64,000 nucleotides of DNA from a virus: positions 14,500-78,499 of IMG/VR virus record IMGVR_UViG_3300030333_008459. One strand, written 5' to 3'. A program made the translations under genes and the position numbers. Positions 29,783 through 39,600 of this stretch are shown in pieces; positions within the stretch are counted from its first letter, which is position 1, and the number at the start of each line of letters is the position of its first letter. The notes under the pieces were generated by a model. That model made no database searches. It was not told where the DNA came from and worked only from the letters and a program-made list of their open reading frames with translations.

Positions 29783-30753
29783 TCAAAAAGGTCTTCAGCA
29801 TCGAATGTTTGAGAATTTTTAGAATACTCTACAGGACGAGAGTGGAAAAAATCTGTGGCATTGTTGCCAATTAATTCCTCTTCGAACCACATTGTATCCT
29901 CCAACACCGAAGTGTCAACATCAAACGCTGTAGAAAAGCCGATTTTTTCTAGAGAGTCGTTTATTCTATTTTTAATAAACTCTTTCAATATGTCGGCATT
30001 AAGTCCTTTTTCGTTAAATCCATTCACCATCCAATCTACAATATTGCTTTCTGCTAAAAAAGCAGCCTTAGCCTCTGTAAAAATCCTCTCTTCTAGTTCC
30101 TCGTCAAAAAGTTCGGGATGTTCACTGCGGATAGTGTTAATGATTTTGATTCCAGCAAGAGCGTGAATGTTTTCTTCGTTTCTGGTATATTTTACCTGCT
30201 GACCAGTATCCTTGAGAACGTTTCGATAACGATTAAACCAATTGATTATGTAAAACTGACTAAATAAAGAAACGTTTTCCACAAAAAGAGTAAAAAGAAT
30301 TAAGGCATAAACATAATGCTTCTTAGAATCTTTATAAAACCGATGAGTATATTTTCTTAGGTAATTTACTCGCCCCTCTATGAAATCTAATTCCATGTTT
30401 TGTTCGAATATATGCTCTAATCCTAAGACCTTCAGCAGTCTCTCATAGGCATTATTATGAATTACCTCAACGTTAGCCATTACATACCCTAAATCTGTTA
30501 AACTTGGGTGAGGTAAATTGTCTCCCAGCTTGCTCCAGAACTTTTTGACGGCGACTTCAATCTGACCAATCGCGGACAAGGTTCTGATAATTATTTCTTT
30601 TTCTTGGTCATCCAAATTGACATTAAAGTCCTGAATATCGCTACTAAAGCTGAACTCCTTGTCGGTCCAAAAACCGTTATGCATTGCCTCTATAAACTCC
30701 TGCGCCCAAGGGTAGTGATCAGGCTTCCTCGATACTTGTTCTTCAAAAATCAT
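29779..30753 (-). CDS. nrdB: Class I ribonucleotide reductase beta subunit
   Basis: FW, EVIHNNAY, ENVSLFSQF, EENIH, DFF..RPVEY. Confidence 0.96.
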   Translation of the reverse strand: MIFEEQVSRKPDHYPWAQEFIEAMHNGFWTDKEFSFSSDIQDFNVNLDDQEKEIIIRTLSAIGQIEVAVKKFWSKLGDNLPHPSLTDLGYVMANVEVIHNNAYERLLKVLGLEHIFEQNMELDFIEGRVNYLRKYTHRFYKDSKKHYVYALILFTLFVENVSLFSQFYIINWFNRYRNVLKDTGQQVKYTRNEENIHALAGIKIINTIRSEHPELFDEELEERIFTEAKAAFLAESNIVDWMVNGFNEKGLNADILKEFIKNRINDSLEKIGFSTAFDVDTSVLEDTMWFEEELIGNNATDFFHSRPVEYSKNSQTFDAEDLFE

Positions 30754-30821
30754 GGTTAAAGGAATTTACACTTATACTACTCGTAGCTCCTCGTCAACAG
30801 GAAAATTTCCTGAATTTTTTG

Positions 30822-30849
30822 TTGACAAAATATTTCATAACCTTATAAT
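30822..30849 (+). promoter_or_regulatory. Consensus sigma70 promoter TTGACA-N16-TATAAT
   Basis: Exact hexamers at 30822-30827 and 30844-30849, upstream of the sigma-ssb operon. Confidence 0.8.
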
Positions 30850-30962
30850 TACCGTGAAACGGCTTTAAGAAACGATTCTTCGCTTTGTAACGTAATAGGT
30901 TAAGAATACGTTATTCGTAAAGTAAAACGTTTTATAAATATATTATAAATATTGCAGAATTT

Positions 30963-31571
30963 TTGGAAAAAGAAGAAAAAGATCTTAAGATGTTTGAAGT
31001 GCAGACCGACCTAACACTGATTTCTAACATCCAGAGCAATAATGACGAAGATAGTCTTATCGAGCTTATAAACAGGCACTCTGGCATCTACCATAGCATG
31101 GTAAACCAGTTTTTATCTAGCCCACGATACTGCTTAGATAAGAGTCAAGTTGTGAGTGAAAAAGATTCTGTAATTTACAGCTCCGCTCTTAATTACGACC
31201 CAGAAAGAAAAACAAAATTTTCCACTCATTTAGCGAATCAAACAAAGTGGAAGTGTTTAAATATTCTCAATAAAAAGAAGAAAAATAAAGAGGTTTTTAT
31301 TGATGACAATAACACCTATACAGAACCTTATTGTGAAAGCTTCGTTCAGCAAATAAACAAAGAGGAGGCAATTAATATGTTTAAAAATTGCTTAGAGAAA
31401 GAAAAAGATCATCGGGTTAAAAAAATTATTGACATGCGATATAATGTGAGTCACAATAAACTCACTCCTTGGAGAAAAATTGCAAAAGAAGTTGACATGA
31501 GTATTCAGGGATGTATAAACATTCACAACAAGTTCATTAACAAAGTAAAAAAAGAAGGAAATTATGTTTAA
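30963..31571 (+). CDS. Phage sigma70-like factor
   Basis: Region-2-like YDPERKTKFSTH..W and region-4 HTH (WRKIAKEVDMSIQG); start may be ATG 30990. Confidence 0.8.
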   Translation: MEKEEKDLKMFEVQTDLTLISNIQSNNDEDSLIELINRHSGIYHSMVNQFLSSPRYCLDKSQVVSEKDSVIYSSALNYDPERKTKFSTHLANQTKWKCLNILNKKKKNKEVFIDDNNTYTEPYCESFVQQINKEEAINMFKNCLEKEKDHRVKKIIDMRYNVSHNKLTPWRKIAKEVDMSIQGCINIHNKFINKVKKEGNYV

Positions 31572-31929
31572 TTCAATTACAGCAGCTGCCTATCTTGTAA
31601 AAGATCCAGAAGTCCGCACTACTAGTTCGGGTAAAAAAGTCGCCACTCTGAGGGCGGGTATTTCCACATCTAATGCTAAAACGAAATGTTTTATTGACAT
31701 CGAGTATTGGGACAAGACAGCAGAGATTGCCGAAAAATATCTCACTAAAGGAAGAGAGTTCATGGTTCAAGGTGAACTTTGCATGTCTTCTTGGGAGAAA
31801 GATGGAAAAAATTTCAGCAAATACTTCGTCAGGGGAAAAGATTTACAGTTTCTCAGTTCAGGTAAAAAGTCTGATTCTGATTCGCAAACTTCAGAGGTGG
31901 AAGAATCTGAAGACCTTGTTCCATTTTAA
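31564..31929 (+). CDS. ssb: Single-stranded DNA-binding protein
   Basis: KDPEVR, WDKTAE..YLTKG, VQGEL, acidic tail ending DLVPF. Confidence 0.95.
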   Translation: MFNSITAAAYLVKDPEVRTTSSGKKVATLRAGISTSNAKTKCFIDIEYWDKTAEIAEKYLTKGREFMVQGELCMSSWEKDGKNFSKYFVRGKDLQFLSSGKKSDSDSQTSEVEESEDLVPF

Positions 31930-33011
31930 TGAAAGACAAACTCCTTTTAGAAGTCCCACTTAACAGGTTAAGCTTCGGTAATGTTAGCTATAACATTATC
32001 CGAGAGCTTTATAAGCTAGATGCTGATATAGCCATTTTTCCTATTGGTCCTATCGAGCAAATTGATCTCTCTGCTTTCGATGTTAAGGATGATATTAAAA
32101 AATATATAGACGATGCCATACAAAAAAGATGGGACTTCATAGGTAAGATACCATCTCTTAAGCTGTGGCATCTGGGCGGTTCAGAAAATAGAAAAAGCAA
32201 AGATCAGTTTCTGTATACGTTTTATGAGTGCAATCAGCCTACTAAACAAGAATTAGCTATCTGTTCCGCGCAAGATAGAACTTTTTTTAGTTCTACATAC
32301 GCCACAAAAGCATTTAAAAATAGAGGGTGTGAGAATGTTTCTTTTGTTCCACTTGGGTTTGACCCTGATTTTTTTAGAACTGAAAAAACATATCTAAAAG
32401 ATGTAGTTCATTTTGGGTTGATGGGAAAATTCGAAAACAGAAAACATACTCAAAAGATTATAAGAACTTGGCTTAAAAAGTATGGGAACAATAATAATTA
32501 TCAGCTTTCTTGCTGTGTATCCAATCCCTTCTTTAAGCCAGATCAAATGAAATCTATCATTACCGAAACTCTTGAGGGTAAAAATTATAACAATATTAAT
32601 TTTTTACCACCTCTGGCAAAAAACAATGAGGTTAACGAACTTTTAAATTCAATAGATATTGATTTAACTGGATTATCAGGAGGAGAGGGCTGGAATTTGC
32701 CCTCTTTTAATTCCACCTGTTTGGGAAAGTGGAGCGTTGTTTTGAATTGCACATCTCATAAAGATTGGGCTACCGAAAAAAATTCTATATTAATAGAGCC
32801 ATCAGGAGAAATGCCTGTAGCTGATGGTATTTTCTTTTCACAAAATAATGAGGTCAACCAAGGAACTTTCTATACTTGGACAGAAGAAGAGGCTATATCC
32901 GCTATGGAGACAGCGGAACAAAAGGCGGGACAAATTAACTCAGAGGGACAAAAATTAGCGGAAAAAATGACATACGCTAAGACTACTGAAAGCATTTTAT
33001 CCTTTATTTAG
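31929..33011 (+). CDS. GT-B (GT4-like) glycosyltransferase
   Basis: VPLGFD, GKFENRK, SGGEGWNLP. Confidence 0.8.
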   Translation: MKDKLLLEVPLNRLSFGNVSYNIIRELYKLDADIAIFPIGPIEQIDLSAFDVKDDIKKYIDDAIQKRWDFIGKIPSLKLWHLGGSENRKSKDQFLYTFYECNQPTKQELAICSAQDRTFFSSTYATKAFKNRGCENVSFVPLGFDPDFFRTEKTYLKDVVHFGLMGKFENRKHTQKIIRTWLKKYGNNNNYQLSCCVSNPFFKPDQMKSIITETLEGKNYNNINFLPPLAKNNEVNELLNSIDIDLTGLSGGEGWNLPSFNSTCLGKWSVVLNCTSHKDWATEKNSILIEPSGEMPVADGIFFSQNNEVNQGTFYTWTEEEAISAMETAEQKAGQINSEGQKLAEKMTYAKTTESILSFI

Positions 33012-33051
33012 TGTATTTTAGTGTTGGTATTACAATTGCTATTTAATAATT

Positions 33052-33378
33052 ATGAATCCACTTTTTGAAAAGCTATTCGACAATCCCTCCTATCCTTTTA
33101 CTCTTAATACTAATGTATCTGTTTTGGACAAAGGAGATGTTTACACCGCAGAACTAGAACTCGCTGGAATCTCTAAAGAGGAAATAAAATTAACAGTCGT
33201 AGATGGTGTTTTAAACGTTCACGCTGAAAATAAAGATCGCAAAAAAAGGTTTAAAATATATTTAACAACTGATGTATCAGAAGGACACATTTCTTCTAAG
33301 TTAAAAAACGGCCTACTCACTATCACAATGCCCAAGAAAGAGGTTTGCGAAGGAAGAAATATTGAAATCGAAACGTAA
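33052..33378 (+). CDS. Small heat-shock protein (Hsp20)
   Basis: ELAGISKEEI, LKNGLLTITMPK. Confidence 0.9.
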   Translation: MNPLFEKLFDNPSYPFTLNTNVSVLDKGDVYTAELELAGISKEEIKLTVVDGVLNVHAENKDRKKRFKIYLTTDVSEGHISSKLKNGLLTITMPKKEVCEGRNIEIET

Positions 33379-33764
33379 TGCCTATTTATGTTTACAAAAA
33401 TCCTGAAACAAACGAATACCGCGAGGTATTCCAAGGGATGAATGATAAACACATTTATTCAGAGGATGGTGTTGAGTGGAAGAGGGTTTTTCTTTCACCC
33501 AACGCTTCCATTGATAGCTCAATAGACCCGTTCAATAAACAGCAATATATGGATGCCACCCATAAGAAGAAAGGGACTATGGGTGATATGATGGACCTAT
33601 CTGCTGAACTAAGCGCTAAACGGTCAGAAAAAATAGGAGGCTTAGACCCTGTAAAAGAAAAGTTTTACGATAACTATGCGAAAGAAAGAAAAGGCGCTCA
33701 ACACCCTGAAAGAATAAAAGAACGTGGTTATGAAAGCAAAAGAGTTAAGATTGATTACGACTAG
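33378..33764 (+). CDS. FmdB-like protein lacking the zinc cysteines
   Basis: MPIYVY...EVFQGM..WKRVF N-terminus. Confidence 0.6.
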   Translation: MPIYVYKNPETNEYREVFQGMNDKHIYSEDGVEWKRVFLSPNASIDSSIDPFNKQQYMDATHKKKGTMGDMMDLSAELSAKRSEKIGGLDPVKEKFYDNYAKERKGAQHPERIKERGYESKRVKIDYD

Positions 33765-34930
33765 TGGAACACAGTCGAATCACAATGCCCACTAATTTTT
33801 AAACCTTCTGTTTCTGTAACCGCGAAAGAAAATTCAGCGTCAAATTGCATTTGCCCGTTTATCGCCATTCCATAATTGTAAGAATTTAATTTTGCGTTTT
33901 CTATCTTATAAAGAGCTTGATTTTGAACAGGATCGACATCAGCAGCCAAACGCAATTCAAAACTATAATCTTCGTCACTGTCCAAGACTCCTGTTAAGAT
34001 ACCCGCATCTAATCCTGACACAAGAGAGGAAACTGAAAATTTGCCATTAGCGGGGAATTGTGCTTTTCTATTGTAAGCAAAATCATTTCCTAATCCGTAA
34101 GAAGAGACCCTCGGCAAATCAACCGACAGATCTAAAGATTGAATAAAATGTGTCCCAGATAAGTTTTGCCCCCCTACCTGCATATTTTGTAATGTTATAT
34201 CACTATTGCTATTAACTGGATTTAATATAGGGGGTCTTGTTTGAGATATAGTATAACCAACATTTGGAGAAAACGTAAAGGAAGTTGAGGCTGCATTATC
34301 GTTGTTTCCACTTTCTAAATTAATAGCTGGGGAATTCATTGTTTCTCCAGTTATGTTTTCGAAAACAACGTTAGAGCAGATATAGTTTGTAGAAACAATA
34401 GGTAATCCCCCCACTGCATAACTAAGTCCGTATGTTGTAGGGAAACAGTTCCCAAAAGCCATTGCATCAAAACCTGATAAATTTATAGTCTCATCGTCAA
34501 ATGTTATATCATAATCTTTTAAAGCGTTAGTCCCCTGTCTCGGAGCCATAAAAACATAAAAATTTGTAGATTTCCCGACCACACCAGAAAACATATTATG
34601 TAGTCCAGTTAAATAATGCCCCTTCCCAGCGGCGGTGGGTGTTTCCATTAAAAACCCCCCATTACACTCATTAGTCATCCACGGCTGGCCGAAAAAAGAA
34701 ATTGTTAATTCTACGTTAGGCTGTTGCACAATACCATTAAAAGAAAAATCTTGACTACCTACTTGTTTCAAATTTTGGCGAGGTAATTGTATAGAATAGT
34801 TGACTTCTTGAACCCCACCATAAAGACATAACTGTCGTTTAGCAAAAGGACTTCCTCCCGCAACAAAAGCCTCATCTGTGTTTTGGGTTGCTACAAAAGC
34901 AATATTGCTTTTTATAATATCTCTAGCCAT
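33761..34930 (-). CDS. Tail tube-like protein (paralogue of 47807-48952)
   Basis: Aligns by eye with 47807: VQEVNYSI..PRQ..QVG, GNCFPT.Y.LS..VG.LP, IQS..LS..LPR..LG..FA..R...FP. Confidence 0.7.
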   Translation of the reverse strand: MARDIIKSNIAFVATQNTDEAFVAGGSPFAKRQLCLYGGVQEVNYSIQLPRQNLKQVGSQDFSFNGIVQQPNVELTISFFGQPWMTNECNGGFLMETPTAAGKGHYLTGLHNMFSGVVGKSTNFYVFMAPRQGTNALKDYDITFDDETINLSGFDAMAFGNCFPTTYGLSYAVGGLPIVSTNYICSNVVFENITGETMNSPAINLESGNNDNAASTSFTFSPNVGYTISQTRPPILNPVNSNSDITLQNMQVGGQNLSGTHFIQSLDLSVDLPRVSSYGLGNDFAYNRKAQFPANGKFSVSSLVSGLDAGILTGVLDSDEDYSFELRLAADVDPVQNQALYKIENAKLNSYNYGMAINGQMQFDAEFSFAVTETEGLKISGHCDSTVFH

Positions 34931-34931
34931 T

Positions 34932-35882
34932 TTATGTTCCTGTTGGTATTACCCCGAGTGGATCTTCTATTAATTCAACTGTTAAATCATTAGAGTTGTA
35001 AGAAACCCAAGTGTGACTCCACTGAGGACAATAATAAACTTTAGGTCTATCATATAACGAGGGAATTTGATGCTCAAATCTTCTGTATCCACCTTTTCTT
35101 TCTAAAAAATGAAGCATACACTTTAACTGATCATCAGTTATATTTTTATAAGTATAGCTCATGTTAAATGTAGCTATATTATTATTTGTTTTTAATCTCT
35201 CTTTAAAAGAGTTATTGAAGTTTATAATATCAGCCTTAATAGTTACATCGTTTTGAGTTCCGATATCTGGTTCGAAGAAAAACTTTTGAGACCAAATTGA
35301 ATCTGAACCTGTAGGGCTATTTGTTTCAGTAGAAGTGTGGTCTCCACTACAATAGTAAAAATTATCTAATTTGTTTCCATTAATTCCAGTATAAACCACA
35401 TCATATTTTAAATAGTTAACGCCTTGGCCCCAGTCTTGGAAAGGCAAGTTAGAGAAAGATCCTCCTGACCAATTTAACAAAGTAGGAGCACGATTTATAC
35501 TAACGCTAGCAGCAACCTCAAAATGCTGATTGTTAATAAAATTAACAGCATAATTATTACAAACTCCTGAAACAGTATGATATACTCTAGTGTCAGGTAT
35601 AAACTCAAACTGGTTGTCTCCTGACTGATTTTCAAAAAACGCCACTAGTTTTTGAGCATTTGTTTCATTGACATCATATCTAACATTAAACTCTGCTGTC
35701 AAACTGTTGAGAGACATGGGAATTAAATTATAATAAAAATCATCAGTAACATAACTGTGATTATCAGCTGCAAAGCTTACCTGAGATCCGTAAACAGGAC
35801 TTAACGAAAGATCAGCCAGCTCGCTTGGAACTGTGACCCCCGAGACATTAATGTCTCTATTATAGAATAAGCTTTCTCCCAT
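34932..35882 (-). CDS. Distal-tail/minor tail protein (two lambda gpM-like repeats with a CBM-like insert)
   Basis: AQKLVAFFENQSG..FEF repeated as LKCMLHFLERKGG..FEH; insert W...Y..YDVV..YYC..H.S...P...W. Confidence 0.6.
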   Translation of the reverse strand: MGESLFYNRDINVSGVTVPSELADLSLSPVYGSQVSFAADNHSYVTDDFYYNLIPMSLNSLTAEFNVRYDVNETNAQKLVAFFENQSGDNQFEFIPDTRVYHTVSGVCNNYAVNFINNQHFEVAASVSINRAPTLLNWSGGSFSNLPFQDWGQGVNYLKYDVVYTGINGNKLDNFYYCSGDHTSTETNSPTGSDSIWSQKFFFEPDIGTQNDVTIKADIINFNNSFKERLKTNNNIATFNMSYTYKNITDDQLKCMLHFLERKGGYRRFEHQIPSLYDRPKVYYCPQWSHTWVSYNSNDLTVELIEDPLGVIPTGT

Positions 35883-36691
35883 TATTGATTTCCTATATAG
35901 TTAAGGTTTAGCCTTAGAGAACCATCAGCAGAAGATGAAAGCTCCTCACTAACTAGCACCGCAGACGGCAAACGATATGTCTGAATGGTTGACCCATCTC
36001 TTCCTTTGACTGTTAAAACAACAACATCTGAATTTCCAAACTTTCCCCCTCTTCCATCTTTACCCGAAGTTAAAAAATTATATCCACTTTCAGGCATAGC
36101 GTCATCAACATCTAGCTGTATCGAAGCGGTGTAAGCAGTAGGGTGTATAGCCTTGACTTCTGATGGAGACTGACTACCTATCGTGTAATATGGCTTAATA
36201 GTATAAGTCTTTGAATAATCAAAACCTAAAACTCTGTTTGTAGTAGAGTTGTTACAAGTAGCGGTAATTGAACCCTGAGTCGGGATATCTATATTGCTAG
36301 TGGTTGTTCCTGATGCGTTAGCTCCACTTCTTAATTCATCATAAATAACAAAATTATAATTAACCCGAGGGATTGCGCCGACAGCTACGTTAACTGAATA
36401 ATTAGTTAAATAACCATTAGTAAAACCATAAGATGAATTATTATAATTTAAACTACCACTTGCCCTTTGTCCTATAGTTAAATCTTCTATAGTTGTATCA
36501 GAGATAAGATATCTAGAAACAGAAAGGCTTTGTTCAGTCGGACCTCCAACCGTTGTCACTCCTCCTAAATATCCCAAAGGCTTGCTGAGATTAGCGGAGT
36601 TTCTATAGCCTATATCTACAGAATTAACGCCTGATATCTCTTCTCCATCTACAAAAAAGTGGGAGTCGTAATTTAACCTTGTTCCAAACAT
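35882..36691 (-). CDS. Tail tube-fold protein
   Basis: GYLTNYSVNVAVGAIP and KPYYTIGSQSP resemble the other tube paralogues; directly downstream of the tape measure. Confidence 0.6.
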   Translation of the reverse strand: MFGTRLNYDSHFFVDGEEISGVNSVDIGYRNSANLSKPLGYLGGVTTVGGPTEQSLSVSRYLISDTTIEDLTIGQRASGSLNYNNSSYGFTNGYLTNYSVNVAVGAIPRVNYNFVIYDELRSGANASGTTTSNIDIPTQGSITATCNNSTTNRVLGFDYSKTYTIKPYYTIGSQSPSEVKAIHPTAYTASIQLDVDDAMPESGYNFLTSGKDGRGGKFGNSDVVVLTVKGRDGSTIQTYRLPSAVLVSEELSSSADGSLRLNLNYIGNQ

Positions 36692-36697
36692 TTTTTA

Positions 36698-39600
36698 TTA
36701 CCTTCTTAATGATCCACCTAATCTTTTCTCCTCTTCTATTGTTTGTCTCACAACATCTCTAATTCTTAAAGCTAAAGTTTGCTGCTCCTCATCGCCGCCG
36801 CCTTCAGTTGTCTGTGTCCCGTCAGAATTAACAGTAATATTAATTACAGTTTCTCCACCTTCTCCAGAAACATTTATAAGTTGATCCAATCTTGAAACTA
36901 TCGCCTCAGTTCCACCTTCTAAACTACCCCCTCCATTTAAATTAGAAAGGTTTCCACGCCCGATGCGCTGGGTGGCGGCAGCATTCATAACAAATTCTCC
37001 ACCCGACAACATGCTGGGGACCGTATCTACTCCAGCAGTGGGAGAGATATATCCACCAGTAGCATGTTTATCTAGGTTTATACCAGCTGCTGAGTTAGAT
37101 CTTAACCAAGCTTGCAGTTCAGCTTCGGTTTGTGGTGTTACGACATTTCTCGGGGTTCCCAATGGCGGCAGAACACCTGCGGCTCCAGCTGTCGCAGTAT
37201 CCGCAAAGGATGATGGCCCAGGTCTAAATCTAAATCTACTTGGTCTCACTCCACCTGTAAATCCAGTGCCTACCGTATTTCCAACCCTAGCGGCTGCTTG
37301 ATTGATTTCTTGTATATTTTCGGAAGTTACATTGTCTAAGTTTTCTATGGCAGAAGCTTGCCCCATGTTAAAAAAGTTGCCTATCGCTCTTCCTGCTCTA
37401 GCGAAAAAACCTCCCCCCTCTCCAGACGAGTTACTAAGAACACCGCTTGCTCCTCCACCCAACATAATCCCAGCCCCGCTATCAGAAGAAAGTCCAGCTG
37501 ATTCAACTCCACCAGATTCTCCTCCTCCTTGATTAACAAGACCACTAACCCCAGCCGCTACTACAGCGCTAATAACGGAACCTAATAAAGCTCTTCTTTG
37601 TTGCTCTCGTTGTTCTCTTAATTGTTCTTCAAGCTGTGATTGTCTCGCAAATAAACCAAATGCCTCTCTTTGGGATTCTTGTTCTCTTTGAAACAGAGGG
37701 CTATTCCTTCTTCCAAACATCGTGAGACGAGCGCTCATAGGTTCTAAAGAAGCAAAGCCTAATCCTTCGCCACCCCCAACTCTATCAAACTGTCCGCTAG
37801 TCGAAGATTGGGTGGCAAAACGAAGCAGATCTCTACTCCCTGTTATTGATCCTTGACCGAAAGTTCCTGGGCTGTAGAAACCTCCCGCTTGCATCTGAGG
37901 AACATTGCCTTCATTTAAATCTTCTAAAAATGCTCTTCCATATCTATTCACGGAAGCTCTTCTGATAACAAACTCGCCACCAGTTAATAACGTAGGAACA
38001 TCATCCCTAGTTCCTGAACCGCCCGTGATTATACCGCCTCTGTTTTTCTTTTCTCCTCCAAACAAAAAACTTAAAAGATTAAAACCACCGCCGCCGCCCT
38101 TTCCTAGACCTACCCCTGTGATCTGGTCAACAGCGCTCTGCATAAAGCCTTTAGCTAATAAACTAAAGAAATCTGTGGCAGCGGCTCTAAGGGCATCTCC
38201 TAAACTTTCACCCCTAGCTATCGCATCTACAAGGGCATCGGACATGGTGTTTTTAAAATTTATGGCCGCATTCTCTATTGTAGTAGCAAGAGTATCTGCA
38301 TTGTTTATAGCATCAAACTCTGGCCTCTCTCTTAGTCTCTGTAAAACACTACGCCTCTTGTCGCTTGCGTCTTGGATTATACTTGGCTCTACATCAGCAG
38401 GGCCACCCGCAACAGCGGCAGCTCTTCGCGCTGCGGCTAAACCCGCTCCTCCAAAACCAACTTTCTCTAATTGTCTAGAAGACTCTTGTAAATCATTAGC
38501 TGTTTTTATTCTTATTCCTATCAGCTCAAGTTCAGCCTTAGATTGAGCAAGAGTAGCCTCTGTGGACTGCCTAGATAATTCTGTTTCTTGCTTTAATGCT
38601 TCAAGGCGCTTCTTGATTTGAACTGTTTCTGTATCTGTAAGATTCTTAAGAGAGTCTTCAATTATTTTAAAAGCTTCTTCTGTCGTTTTAGCTTCGGCTA
38701 TTCTTTTCTTTAAATCTAACCTTGCCCCCTTTTGAATATCAGCAATATCTTCTTCCTTGAAGCCAGCTGTCCGTAATTCCTGTCCGCGAAGTTGCTGCCC
38801 CCTAGTATTAAAAGTCGGACCCAAGTCAAAACTTCTAGCCCTTTCTAACAATCTGGCTTCTCTTTCTCCTGCCCGTGATGTTTCTATACCAAAATTAAGC
38901 CCACGAATCTGCCTTTGTAAGCCTTCTCTTTGTTCGGGATTCAGCCCCCCTTGATCCAAAGTTCTTTGCGCGTCTCTTTTTAATCTTTCTAGGTCAGCTA
39001 TGTCTTCATTTGATTGGAATACTTGATCAAAGGCATCTTTACCAATTTGAAGGTCTAAAAGAGTTCTGGCTGTATCTAAGTTATCTCTTATTCTGTCGGT
39101 ATTATCAGCGGCTTTTTTTGTTGCTAATTCGAATGCGTTTGCAGCCTCAACAGATCCATCACCCGCCTCGACAATTTTGACCATGTTTTTAGCTATCTCT
39201 TCAGCGTTAATATTCCTTTTGTTATCAAATCCTAAAACTTTTTGAATAACCGCAGCTATTGCATTAGCATCTGTCAATTGTTTTACGGTCAATTTAGAAA
39301 GTTCATCTTGAAGATCTAGCCTTTGTTGTTCATTAGCGCTTAAACCTTCTACTGAATCTATCGCCTGTTTTACTAATTCGAATCTTCTTTTTAACAATTT
39401 ATTGTTAAGTTCAAATTCTAATTTTTGAGTGCGGAGATTTCTGAGTTCGTCTTTATTTAAAGTGCCTAAGCTTTCCGCTAATTTAATTCTTCTATCAAAA
39501 TCTTTTGTGGTAGTAAGCTCTACTTGGCGTTTATCTAAAGCTCCCTTTAATAGTTCTTTGGTTAATTTTAATTCTTCTCTTCTACCCTCATCGGCAGTAG

